25,299 nt of DNA from a virus (IMGVR_UViG_3300049171_000176:1-25299); one strand, 5' to 3'; numbered from the stretch's first letter, positions 16,344-25,071 are shown. Notes: generated by a model not told the origin, from the letters alone. Translations and numbers: made by a program.

Positions 16344-17108
16344 TCAGGCTCCGCGCGTGTAGGCGAACGGTGCCGAGGAGCCGCCCGGCGTGGTGACGAT
16401 GATCGGCTCGGAGCCGGCGTCGCCCACGGGGATCTGCATGACGATGCTCGCGCCGTTGATCACGAGGAACTCGGCAGGGTCGCCGCCGATCGTGACGTTC
16501 GTCGCGCCGATGAAGCCCTGGCCGGTGATCGTCACCAGGTCGCCGTCGAGCGCACCCTCGGGCGTGACCGCGGCCACGAGCGGAGCGGTGACGCCCCAGC
16601 CGGTGAACGGGTTCGCGATCTCTTCGTACGCACCCTTGCCGGAGAGCGTGAAGCCGAGCACCTCGATCTCGCCACCGGGGCCCGTGTTCTGACGCGTCTT
16701 GGCGACGGTCGCCTGACCGCGACCGGCGTCAGTCGGGTTCGGGGCGCCGACGGCGGGCTTGTGGTACCAGCGCACGTCGGCGATCGCCAGCTCGCCGACA
16801 GCGGTCGGCTTGGTGCGGGCGAGCAGGTACTCGACCTCGGGCATGAAGAGACCCGTGTTGACGTTGCGGTGCACCTGGACGTTGAAGCCGAGGCCCCAGC
16901 CCCAGCCGGTCACATCCGAGTTGGGCGCGCCGAGGTCGTCGTACGTCTGCGCGTCCTGGGTCGTCGGGGTGTCGGTGGGCTGGTAGCCGAACAGGCGGCG
17001 GATCGCCTGCCAGATCGGGTCGGCGTAGGTGCCGAGGTTGACGTCCACGCCGTACTCGAAGCTCTTACCGAGCGTCGCGCCAGCGGGGAGAGGGGCGAGC
17101 ATGTTCAT
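16344..17108 (-). CDS. Major tail (tube) protein with a C-terminal IPT/TIG Ig-like domain (254 aa)
   Basis: ATG 17108 (ATGA overlap, GGAG SD); TQDAQTYDD and FTLSGKG tube-like motifs; VTP..A..GDLVTITGQGF.GAT.VTIGG...VTTPGG IPT/TIG pattern. Confidence 0.88.
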   Translation of the reverse strand: MNMLAPLPAGATLGKSFEYGVDVNLGTYADPIWQAIRRLFGYQPTDTPTTQDAQTYDDLGAPNSDVTGWGWGLGFNVQVHRNVNTGLFMPEVEYLLARTKPTAVGELAIADVRWYHKPAVGAPNPTDAGRGQATVAKTRQNTGPGGEIEVLGFTLSGKGAYEEIANPFTGWGVTAPLVAAVTPEGALDGDLVTITGQGFIGATNVTIGGDPAEFLVINGASIVMQIPVGDAGSEPIIVTTPGGSSAPFAYTRGA

Positions 17109-17512
17109 TGCTGAGTCTCCGTTTCGAGGATTACCTGGTAGTTGTCGGACCGTTCTTCGCGGTTCGACTCGTCGGCCCCGAGGGGACCACTTGAGATGCG
17201 ACGGATGTCGCTGATCCCTCCCGCCCGGGAGAGTCCGTGGAGCACGATGAACGCAACGCTCGCGAGAGCATCCGCGCCCGTGCTGTCGTAGGGGCGACCG
17301 CGGAACCTGAGCTGCACGCGACGGACGAGCAGATCGCCGTCGGTGTGCCCGTAGACCCGCACGCCGATGGCGCGATCCGGGTTCGGTTGCACGACCCCCT
17401 CGAAGATCGCGACCTGCTCGGCCGGCATCTCCTCGGCGTCCGGGTCGTAGAAGAATCCGGGGATGCGTCCAAGCAGCGTGCACACAGCGCGAGTGAGCGT
17501 GACGTCATCCAT
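17105..17512 (-). CDS. Tail terminator ('minor capsid' family) protein (135 aa)
   Basis: ATG 17512 with GGAGG; PDRAIGV, RVQLRFRG and PLGADESNREERSDNY motifs; sits before the major tail gene. Confidence 0.82.
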   Translation of the reverse strand: MDDVTLTRAVCTLLGRIPGFFYDPDAEEMPAEQVAIFEGVVQPNPDRAIGVRVYGHTDGDLLVRRVQLRFRGRPYDSTGADALASVAFIVLHGLSRAGGISDIRRISSGPLGADESNREERSDNYQVILETETQQ

Positions 17513-17669
17513 CGGTACCGTCCTCCAGCCGACGCCGCATCTCGGCGAGCGCGCGACGGGATCGCACCGTGGCGTCGAGTGGAATGAAGTACTCCGGTCG
17601 GTCGCCGAGGACGCGCAGCACGGATTCGCCGGGGGGCAGGAAGCCGCCCCTCGCTTCGCGCTCAGCCAC
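17505..17669 (-). CDS. 54-aa protein similar to the tape measure C-terminal motif (not in the ORF track)
   Basis: MAEREARGGFLPPGESVLRVLGDRPEYFIPLDATVRSRRALAEMRRRLEDGTDG; overlaps both neighbours by 8 nt (GTGGCTGA, ATGGATGA) and fills the gap exactly. Confidence 0.8.
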   Translation of the reverse strand: MAEREARGGFLPPGESVLRVLGDRPEYFIPLDATVRSRRALAEMRRRLEDGTDG

Positions 17670-17979
17670 CGAGCGCCGCCCTCACTCGTGCGGCCACGGC
17701 TTCCTCGACCGAGACCGAGTCGGCGGCGGTTTCGAGGAACTTTGCCTGTCCGCCGTTCGGATGGTTCCAGTCGAGGCGCTCGTGCTGCAGCCACGCGTGC
17801 GGCGCAGTCGCGGCGACGGTGACCTCACCGTCAGCGACGGTGACACGGAACGAGTCCTTGAGGTCGCTGTCGTCCTCGGGGGCGAGGTTCTTCGCTTCGC
17901 GCATGAGTTGCCGGCCGCCATCGCGGAGGCCCTCGGTCGCCGCCTTTTCGATCGTCGACTGGATGGGAAGCATCTTCAT
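17662..17979 (-). CDS. HK97 gp10-like tail completion/neck protein
   Basis: AKNLAPEDDSDLKDS, HAWLQHE and GGQAKFLE motifs; GGAGG SD. Confidence 0.85.
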   Translation of the reverse strand: MKMLPIQSTIEKAATEGLRDGGRQLMREAKNLAPEDDSDLKDSFRVTVADGEVTVAATAPHAWLQHERLDWNHPNGGQAKFLETAADSVSVEEAVAARVRAALGG

Positions 17980-17991
17980 GAGGTCCTCCGA

Positions 17992-18321
17992 TCAGGTGAG
18001 GGAGAGAACGAGCTGGGACGCGAGCGGCGGCTCGTTCTCCTCGACGGACACGGCGAGAACCGTCGCGGTCCGCTCGCGCGCCCTGCCGGGCCACACGGTG
18101 ATCTCGGACCCGAGCGGGACGTCGGTGTCGATGGGGACGGTTACGCGGGAGGACGACACGACCTCGCGACCGTCCGCGGTCCGCACCATCCGTGCGCCGT
18201 CGAGCACCTCGGCTTTGATCTCTGGGTTCTCGTCGTCGAGCCGCGGGCCGCGAGATCCGCCCTGCAGCAGTCGGCGCACGCGCACCTTGTGCGGCCACCA
18301 GAACGGGTCATCCCAGCTCAT
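17992..18321 (-). CDS. Head-to-tail stopper/closure protein
   Basis: Size and position; RMVRTADGREVVSS and VPLGSEITV pattern. Confidence 0.78.
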   Translation of the reverse strand: MSWDDPFWWPHKVRVRRLLQGGSRGPRLDDENPEIKAEVLDGARMVRTADGREVVSSSRVTVPIDTDVPLGSEITVWPGRARERTATVLAVSVEENEPPLASQLVLSLT

Positions 18322-18716
18322 GCGTAGGTCTCCGGCCAGAGCCTCGACACGGGACGGTCAGTCGGGAAGGACCCACGGGGAAGGCCTGGCCGCGACACCG
18401 TGTCCCCTGCGGCCTCGGCCTGCAGCAGACGCAGCCCGGAGAGGTCGTCGTCGAAGAATGCGGAGCGCACGTCGCGGGAAGAGATGCTCGTGCCGTTCCG
18501 GGAACGTGAAGCGGTGGTGCCGGTTCCGATCTCCTCGGCGCGCTTGTAGACGCCCTTGAGGATGGCCAGCGCATCGGCGCGCGGCTCTGTTCCGGTGTCG
18601 AACGTCACGATGAGCGGGGCGATCTCTCGCGCGCGGATCAGGATGCGGCGTGCGAGGTCGGCGTCAGCGCCGATGTCGGTCGGCTGAATGGCGCCCGTTG
18701 CGAAGGCGATAGGCAT
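18318..18716 (-). CDS. Head-to-tail adaptor/connector protein
   Basis: First neck gene; helical N-terminus with A..IAP and AILKG...R, then FFDDDLSGLRLL. Confidence 0.72.
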   Translation of the reverse strand: MPIAFATGAIQPTDIGADADLARRILIRAREIAPLIVTFDTGTEPRADALAILKGVYKRAEEIGTGTTASRSRNGTSISSRDVRSAFFDDDLSGLRLLQAEAAGDTVSRPGLPRGSFPTDRPVSRLWPETYA

Positions 18717-18776
18717 TGGCGGTGGTCCCTTCGGCGTAGTGGCCGGGAGCGGGGCGCTCCGCCCCGGAGAACATGG

Positions 18777-18825
18777 GGACGGGACCAGCCCCGCGGCGCG
18801 CGCACGCGGGGGACTGGTCCCGTCC
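18777..18825 (-). terminator. Long hairpin after the capsid genes
   Basis: GGACGGGACCAG/CTGGTCCCGTCC (12 bp) plus CCCCGCG/CGCGGGG (7 bp) with a 2-nt bulge. Confidence 0.65.
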
Positions 18826-18846
18826 GGTAGCTGCCCGACCCGTAGG

Positions 18847-19359
18847 TCAGGACTTCTTGGCGTCCAGGTACTCCTGGATCGCGGCGAGCTTCACGTCCTT
18901 CGACGCGTCGTCTTTCAGCTCGACGGGCGGATCCTGGTGACGCGCCCACTCGTCGATCTGCTCGTGGGTCCACCCCTTCGCAGGGTCACCCTCGGGCAGG
19001 CCGGACGCAGCCTCCTCGGTGCGGGCGTCAGAGTTCGCGGCCGCTTTCACCTTCGCGGCCTCGAACTCCGCACGCTCGCGATCGAGGTCGGCCTTCGCCT
19101 GGGCGACCTTGCGCGCCTCGTCCTCGACGGCCTTCACCGCTTCGGCAAGTTCGGCTGCCGTGGTCGCCGACACCTCGTCCTCATCCGCGTCCGAGTCGAC
19201 GTCGTGCTCGACAACCTCGGGCTCGGGGGGGTTGAGGCGATCGAAGCGCTCGAGGTCGTCCTCGTGCACCTCGACCGTGTCGCCGAGCGAGCCGTGAGTC
19301 CACTGCCCATCCGGTCGCTGGTACGTGCCGATGCCTGATCGGATCGTCCGCTCGCCCAT
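18847..19359 (-). CDS. Post-capsid hypothetical protein (170 aa) with a coiled-coil middle and a possible HeH/LEM-like C-terminus
   Basis: ATG overlaps the capsid stop (TGATG); acidic linker; C-terminal WTHEQIDEWA...SKDVKLAAI. Confidence 0.75.
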   Translation of the reverse strand: MGERTIRSGIGTYQRPDGQWTHGSLGDTVEVHEDDLERFDRLNPPEPEVVEHDVDSDADEDEVSATTAAELAEAVKAVEDEARKVAQAKADLDRERAEFEAAKVKAAANSDARTEEAASGLPEGDPAKGWTHEQIDEWARHQDPPVELKDDASKDVKLAAIQEYLDAKKS

Positions 19360-20264
19360 CAGCCGGCCAGGCCCGTCAGCTTGAACACCGAGAAGGGGTC
19401 GGTGATGTACTGGACGAAGCGGGCCGAGGTCTGGACCCACGTCCGCTCGGTGTCCGGTTCACGCCACGTCTCCGTACCCAGCGGCTTCTCGGCGCGCATC
19501 TCGCCCGGCAGACCGGCCTGCAGCGCGTACGCGGTTCCCGGGGCGACGCGGTTCGAGGACATAGCGTTCTCGATGCCGTACGCGTCGAACAGCGCCTGCA
19601 GGTCATCGCCGTACACCAGACGGAGCTGGAAGAGCTGGTCCGGGTTGAAGACCAGCGTGTCGATCGCGACACCCAGTTCCTGCTCGTCGGCCTTCTTCAT
19701 GACCTTTGCGATATCCGCAGCCGGCCACGCCGACGCGTTCGACTGGCTCGAGCCGCCGGTGACGACGTTGTTCCAGTTGAGGCCTGTGATGACCTGCGAC
19801 GGGTTCGCCGTGATCGCCGCCTCGACGACTGCGATCGCACGTGCGTCCTGCCGGCGCACCATCGCGTTCATGATCTTGCGACCCTCGCGCTGGATCTTGC
19901 CGCTGTCGTTGCGGTCCCGCGCCTCGTCGGTGACGAAGAACTTGCCACCGTGCTTCTCGACGGCAGCGACCTTCGGCTCGCCATCCTCCGACGTGAGGTC
20001 CGGGAACTCCGCGCCGGGCGCGACCTCCTGAACGTCGCGGGTCGGGAACAGGTCGTTCAGCGTGAGCTGGTCGTAGATGACCGCCCCGCCGGACACACCG
20101 CCGGGCGTCGAGAAGAACAGCGGGCTGATGTAGTTCCGCAGCTCGATGTCCGACAGGTACCGGGTGATGCGCGTCGGCTGGTTGAGCATCTGCTCCACCG
20201 TGATGGTGGAACCGCTGACGGACGGCGCCGCGAAGGGATATGCGGTGGCGTTGGGGTTTGCCAT
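19359..20264 (-). CDS. Major capsid protein (301 aa)
   Basis: ATG 20264 with GAGGAG; VAPGAEFP, EKHGGKFFVTDEARDRN and DTLVFNP motifs; position after protease and decoration genes. Confidence 0.9.
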   Translation of the reverse strand: MANPNATAYPFAAPSVSGSTITVEQMLNQPTRITRYLSDIELRNYISPLFFSTPGGVSGGAVIYDQLTLNDLFPTRDVQEVAPGAEFPDLTSEDGEPKVAAVEKHGGKFFVTDEARDRNDSGKIQREGRKIMNAMVRRQDARAIAVVEAAITANPSQVITGLNWNNVVTGGSSQSNASAWPAADIAKVMKKADEQELGVAIDTLVFNPDQLFQLRLVYGDDLQALFDAYGIENAMSSNRVAPGTAYALQAGLPGEMRAEKPLGTETWREPDTERTWVQTSARFVQYITDPFSVFKLTGLAG

Positions 20265-20280
20265 GATTTGCTCTCCTCTC

Positions 20281-20667
20281 TCAGTAGAGTTCGATGAAGA
20301 CGTCGTTGCCGGACGTTCCGGCCGACCAGGCGCGGCCACGGGCCTTGCCGGAGGCGAGCGTGACCGCACGCCCGTTGGATCCCACCTCGACCTCGGCGCC
20401 GACCGCGATCGTGCCGCCCGCGGTAACGGGGACGATCGAGCCCTTGCCGCGGACGACGTGGAGCTTGGCGCCGGCTGCCGCGTCGCGCGAGGCGACGCCG
20501 ATGGACAGGCCGGCTGCGGTCGCGGTGACGACCGTCGCGGGAGTGCCCGCGGCGACGCCAAGAGCGGCCGAGATGTCGACGAAGGTCTTGCCGACCACGC
20601 CGCCAGCGCCAGCGGTCGCGGTCACGTCAGCGCCCGGACGGTATGCCGGGATGCATTCGTTTGCCAT
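20281..20667 (-). CDS. Capsid decoration/cement protein (DUF2190-like, 128 aa)
   Basis: ATG 20667 with GAGGA; GVASRDAAAG, VPVTAGGTIAVGAEVEVGSNGRAV and G.A...G..G..V.I.L pattern. Confidence 0.82.
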   Translation of the reverse strand: MANECIPAYRPGADVTATAGAGGVVGKTFVDISAALGVAAGTPATVVTATAAGLSIGVASRDAAAGAKLHVVRGKGSIVPVTAGGTIAVGAEVEVGSNGRAVTLASGKARGRAWSAGTSGNDVFIELY

Positions 20668-20680
20668 GATGTTGGTCCTC

Positions 20681-21130
20681 TCAGCGCTTCCAGTGCGCGG
20701 GGTAGGCGGTGTCGTCGATCTCGGCGACTCCGTGACCGATCTCCTCCACGGCCAGCGCCGTGTTCTTCTGCAGCGACGCGAGCGCAGCCGTGGTGCCCGC
20801 CTCGTCGGTGTCGAGCATCGTGCGGAAGTGATCGCGCGATGCGGTCGTGATGCGTCCCTCGGCGAGAGCGGTCGCGATGATGCCGTCGCGACGCGACCGG
20901 TCCTGCTCGGCGCGTGCCTCAGCACCGAGCCGGGCGTTCTCACGCATCTCGGCGAGGACCGTCGCGTCGATCGCCACGATGCCCGATGGGAGCGCCGCGG
21001 CCGGGGTGTTGGTGTCGGTCGGAGCCGGGAGCGCGGTCGTGGCGGCGGCGGGTGCCGTCTCCTCGGTCACATCGGCGTCGGTCGTACCGAGCCGCTCACG
21101 GACACCAGCCTGGGGGTCGTCGTGTGCCAC
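20681..21130 (-). CDS. Probable nested scaffold protein from an internal in-frame start (149 aa)
   Basis: AAAGGAG (21143-21137) followed by an in-frame GTG at 21130. Confidence 0.6.
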   Translation of the reverse strand: MAHDDPQAGVRERLGTTDADVTEETAPAAATTALPAPTDTNTPAAALPSGIVAIDATVLAEMRENARLGAEARAEQDRSRRDGIIATALAEGRITTASRDHFRTMLDTDEAGTTAALASLQKNTALAVEEIGHGVAEIDDTAYPAHWKR

Positions 21131-21967
21131 GACGTTCTCCTTTCGGATGGGGACACCCGGCTCGGACGAGCTCGGGGGCTTAGGGGCCGTCGCGCGCGCG
21201 GATGCCGCGGCGGCGTGGATGCGGTCGCCCGCGGAGTCCTCGGGTTCGACGGGAAGGACGACGATGTCGATCTCTTCCTCGTCCTGGCCGACGGTCGCGG
21301 CGGGACCCGCGTCGGGGACGACGTCGACACGGTCAGCGAGACCCAGCTCGACGGTGGCGCCAGCGGTGAGCCATGTCTCCTCCTCGAGGAGCGTGGCCCA
21401 GTCCTTCTCGCCCGCCTTGTCGGTGTAGACCTCGATCATCGAGGCCTGCAGTACGTCGAGGAAGTCGGCGGTCTTGCGCATCTCCGCGGCGTTGCCCCAG
21501 GCAATCGAGGACGGCGAGTGGATCATCATCTGACTGCCGGGGCTCATGACCGTCTCGTCGCAGCTCGCCGCGATGAACGAAGCGGCTGACGCCGCGAGTC
21601 CGTCGACGACGGCCGTCACGCGTGCACGGTGCGCGCCGAGCATGTTGAGGATCGCCATCGCCTCCCACACCTCGCCGCCAGGCGAGTTGATGCGGAGCAC
21701 GATCTGCTCGACGGATGCCGGCAACGCGTCCAGCACGCGGGCGACGTCCTCGGTCGAGATGCCCCACCATCCGCCCCACGAGTCGATCGGTCCGTACATG
21801 CGGATGGTCGCCACGCGGGCATCGCCCTCGGCGGTCGGCGCGGTCACGGCACTGAAGAAGTCGGCCTTCGCAGTGGGCGGCTCGATGGAGCCCCAGTACC
21901 GGCGCGCCTGGCGCTCCTGATCGCCGTCACCGCGCGGCGGCGCGGCGGCTGTCGTTCGAGTTGTCAT
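20681..21967 (-). CDS. ClpP-type (S14/S49) prohead protease fused to a scaffold domain
   Basis: RINSPGGEV, DGLAASAASFI (catalytic Ser), MMIH and EETWLTA motifs; low-complexity helical C-terminal half. Confidence 0.92.
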   Translation of the reverse strand: MTTRTTAAAPPRGDGDQERQARRYWGSIEPPTAKADFFSAVTAPTAEGDARVATIRMYGPIDSWGGWWGISTEDVARVLDALPASVEQIVLRINSPGGEVWEAMAILNMLGAHRARVTAVVDGLAASAASFIAASCDETVMSPGSQMMIHSPSSIAWGNAAEMRKTADFLDVLQASMIEVYTDKAGEKDWATLLEEETWLTAGATVELGLADRVDVVPDAGPAATVGQDEEEIDIVVLPVEPEDSAGDRIHAAAASARATAPKPPSSSEPGVPIRKENVVAHDDPQAGVRERLGTTDADVTEETAPAAATTALPAPTDTNTPAAALPSGIVAIDATVLAEMRENARLGAEARAEQDRSRRDGIIATALAEGRITTASRDHFRTMLDTDEAGTTAALASLQKNTALAVEEIGHGVAEIDDTAYPAHWKR

Positions 21968-23418
21968 GACGCCTCCTGGGTCTGTGTCGGCTGTTCGTCG
22001 GGATCGATACGGGCGCCGGCTCGACGAGCAAGCTCCCGTGCCTCACGTCGGGTGAGGACGGTGCCGACGCCGAGGTACGACTTCTGCACCGTCTCGGCGA
22101 TGGCGCGAGCGGCTCGCGGGTCGACGTCCGTCGCGCCTGCGGTGTCGGACTCCGGTCGAACCGGGAGGCCGTACTGCGCGCGGAGGTGCGCCTCGAGCGC
22201 CGGGTCCCACCGGATCGCGCCGGAGTCGAGGAGCGCGCGAATCGCTTCCGCCGTGGCGGGGTGTTCGGCGCCGATCTTCGGTGCGACCAGTCGCGGTGCG
22301 GGCTCGTTCGGCCCCCAGTTCGCGTCGACAAGGTCCTCGATGACGTGCTGCTGAAACACCGTCACGATGTGCCGCGCAAGCGAGTTCAGGGACTTCGTGA
22401 AGAAGTTCTCGAACGTGTCGCCGAGCGCATACGACCCGGTCGAGTTGTCCCCACCGAGGTTGAGGAAGTTCGTCAACGCGGCGCGCCCGATCTGCTCGTC
22501 GTAGTAGCGGATCTGCTTGTCGAGATCGGGCAGGTTGCCCTCTACTCCGGAGAACGTGAGCTGCGCGCCGTGCGGCAGCGAAGCGCCCGCCGTGTCTCCG
22601 GCGCGAGAGCCCCGCGCGATCGACAGCCCGCGCTCGATTTCCTCGTCGAGCCACGCCTTCTTCTGCTCGTAGGACGCACCCTCGGGCGGCGGTGCGCTCG
22701 TGTAGATCGGAAGGCCCAGGCCATTCCGGTCAGACGCGAGAGCCTGCACCCGGAGGGTTCGGTCCTTGAGCAGCCACATCTTGTAAGCCGGCCGGAGCAG
22801 AGACACGCCCGCCCAGTTCGAGCCCTCACGCTCGTTGACGTACACGACGAGACGGTTCACGGGGATCCGGACGTCGCCCTGCACGATCGGGCCGAGCAGG
22901 CGCGACTGCTCGATACGGCCAGTGCCGAACTGCTTGATGGCGACCAGCCCGCCGTCGCGGGCGACCTCGAATTCGGCGATCGTGCGGGGCGGACGCCACG
23001 ACAGCTTCTGCAGGTGAGCGCGACCGAATGCGTCGACCTCGTATACCTGCTCGAACACAGAGTGGCCGTGGACCAGCTCGAGCAGCGCGAGGGGCAGGTG
23101 CTCCGCGAAGGAGAACCGCCCCTTAGTGCGCAGCGGCGCCGTCCAGGGGACGCCCTTGATGCTCAGGGCCAGATCGCGGGATACGTGATCCGCGACCTCC
23201 TGACGCACACCCGTCGCATCGAGCAGCCACTCGGACTCGAGGAGAGGCAGCATCACCGCGCGCAGCATCGACACAACCTGCGTGTCGTCGCGGCGCATCC
23301 GATCGACGATGCCGATCGACTTCGGCCACTGGAAATCCGGGTCGGCGTCCGCCTCGTCGAGGAAGCTCGACCAGCGAGCGAGGTTCGAGTGTGCGGTCTG
23401 GTATCCGATCTCAGGCAA
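21964..23418 (-). CDS. Portal protein (DUF935/Mu gp29-like)
   Basis: Follows TerL; GHSVFEQVY, GVSLLRPAY..W..K, GSYALG and LVDANWG motifs; TTG start with GGAGG. Confidence 0.92.
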   Translation of the reverse strand: MPEIGYQTAHSNLARWSSFLDEADADPDFQWPKSIGIVDRMRRDDTQVVSMLRAVMLPLLESEWLLDATGVRQEVADHVSRDLALSIKGVPWTAPLRTKGRFSFAEHLPLALLELVHGHSVFEQVYEVDAFGRAHLQKLSWRPPRTIAEFEVARDGGLVAIKQFGTGRIEQSRLLGPIVQGDVRIPVNRLVVYVNEREGSNWAGVSLLRPAYKMWLLKDRTLRVQALASDRNGLGLPIYTSAPPPEGASYEQKKAWLDEEIERGLSIARGSRAGDTAGASLPHGAQLTFSGVEGNLPDLDKQIRYYDEQIGRAALTNFLNLGGDNSTGSYALGDTFENFFTKSLNSLARHIVTVFQQHVIEDLVDANWGPNEPAPRLVAPKIGAEHPATAEAIRALLDSGAIRWDPALEAHLRAQYGLPVRPESDTAGATDVDPRAARAIAETVQKSYLGVGTVLTRREARELARRAGARIDPDEQPTQTQEAS

Positions 23419-23432
23419 GGGAGACCTCCGGT

Positions 23433-25049
23433 TCAGATTCGGGCGACGGCGAGATCTCCCCAGCCGCCGCGAGGCGTCTCTTCGCGGGAGAGGATGCGCG
23501 CTGACGGCTGCGGCGGTTGCGGTGCTGGCGGCGGCGGCGGGACGAACGACTCGAGCCCGACGAGTGCATATGTCAGCGCGACGAGCGGGGCGATGTCGAC
23601 GGGCCCGGCATCGCGGTCCCAGACGTCCATGCCGCCGAGTGTCTTCGTCGCGCCGTTGTCGACGGCGAGGTCGAGCGGACCCTGCGAGCGGTGCCGGATC
23701 TTGTCCTCGCGGAGGCGATCACGGAGTCGGCCGGCCGAGATGAGCAGCGTCGTCGCGGAGATGTCGACGATGTCGAACCCGGCCTCGCGAAGGTCCGCCA
23801 CGAGATCGGCGGCGTCGCAGCCCTTCGTCTGGATCGCCACCTGATTGATGCCGGTCTTTTCGCGGACGGCCCTGGCGTGCTTCACGACCCACGTCATGCC
23901 GGTGCGCTGCGCAATCAGCTCGAGGTGCACCCGGCCGTCCTCGCGGTAGCCGGCGACGCCGATGCTTGATCGGGTGAGCCGCTTCTCGCGGTGCACGTCG
24001 ATGCCCATGACCATGCGCGACGAGTCCGCGATCCGAGAGCCGGGAACGACCAGCTCGCCGTCGTCCAGCACAGGCGCGTCGGCCGAGGCCTGCCACTTCT
24101 GCACGTCGAGGTATGGCGTCACGAGAGACGTCACCCACTGCCCGAGCACCTCGACGCGCTCGACGTTCTTGTTCTTCGCCTTCGCGGCCGTGCGCATGAG
24201 GCCGGCGATCGTCATGCCGGGCAGGTGCCCCGCCGACGGGTTGGCCTGCGCGAACGCTTGCGGGTCGTCGAGCGGAGCCTTCTGTTCCGCCGACCACTCG
24301 GCGATGAACCACTCCGTGTCCGGGTCGTCGACGCCCTCGGTCGCGATCTCTCGCACGTCCTTGAGCACGGTCGACCGCGACGTCCCGGCGTTGGAGAAGG
24401 CGACCAGGAACGAGTCGAACATCGCGTTCGCGGATTTCTCGATTGCGGCCCAGCCGTCGTAGTCGTACTGCTGACGCAGCTCGTCGAGCAGGAGCCTTGC
24501 CGCGGAGTGGCCGCGCGCACCCTCGAACGTGCGGGGCATGTAGGTGCCGCCGCCGATCGTGCGGATGTCGGTCTCACCGTTCACCGTTCGCGGCGGGTAG
24601 GTGAGCTTCTGCAGCTCAGGGCGCCGGTCGTGAGCGATGCCGACCTTTAGGTCGTCCGGCGCGCCCCACCGTCGCACCTGCTTCCACGGCTTCATCGCGA
24701 CGTCGAGCTTCTGCGCGGCGCCGACGATGGTGAAGTCCTGCTCGGGAAGCTGCTCTGGCCACCGGCCGGCATCGACGTACATCCAGTACGCCGCGAGCAC
24801 CGCAGCGACTGCAGTCTTGCCGTTCTGCCGGCCGACGATGACCAGCGCCTTCCGGAAACGCAGCAGGCCGAACGAATCCAGCTCGAGCATGTGTATCAGC
24901 AACCACTCCTGCCACGGCAGGAGCCGGACGCCGAGGTCGTCACGAGCGAACTTGATGACGTCGAACCCGCGCGATGTCTCAGGGGTCAGCGCGACGAGCG
25001 GCTTCGTCCAGATGCGCGGCTCGGTGATGCCGTACCGGGGAGTCGACAA
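23433..25049 (-). CDS. terL: Terminase large subunit
   Basis: LLPWQ, Walker A VGRQNGKT, Walker B LLLDE, ANPS, nuclease MGIDV and DIAPLVA. Confidence 0.96.
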   Translation of the reverse strand: MSTPRYGITEPRIWTKPLVALTPETSRGFDVIKFARDDLGVRLLPWQEWLLIHMLELDSFGLLRFRKALVIVGRQNGKTAVAAVLAAYWMYVDAGRWPEQLPEQDFTIVGAAQKLDVAMKPWKQVRRWGAPDDLKVGIAHDRRPELQKLTYPPRTVNGETDIRTIGGGTYMPRTFEGARGHSAARLLLDELRQQYDYDGWAAIEKSANAMFDSFLVAFSNAGTSRSTVLKDVREIATEGVDDPDTEWFIAEWSAEQKAPLDDPQAFAQANPSAGHLPGMTIAGLMRTAAKAKNKNVERVEVLGQWVTSLVTPYLDVQKWQASADAPVLDDGELVVPGSRIADSSRMVMGIDVHREKRLTRSSIGVAGYREDGRVHLELIAQRTGMTWVVKHARAVREKTGINQVAIQTKGCDAADLVADLREAGFDIVDISATTLLISAGRLRDRLREDKIRHRSQGPLDLAVDNGATKTLGGMDVWDRDAGPVDIAPLVALTYALVGLESFVPPPPPAPQPPQPSARILSREETPRGGWGDLAVARI

Positions 25050-25071
25050 CGCGGCACCCCCGATTCTGCTG

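Noticed and set aside
17513-17794. Long N-terminal extension of the tail terminator ORF (17105..17794), and similar extensions of the capsid, decoration, major tail and minor tail ORFs
   Set aside because: Better starts with SD sequences or stop-start overlaps exist downstream; here the extension masks the 54-aa gene in another frame.
23490-23545. Pro-rich low-complexity tail of TerL as an insertion or intein
   Set aside because: Short linker-like C-terminal tail with no intein or homing-endonuclease motifs.
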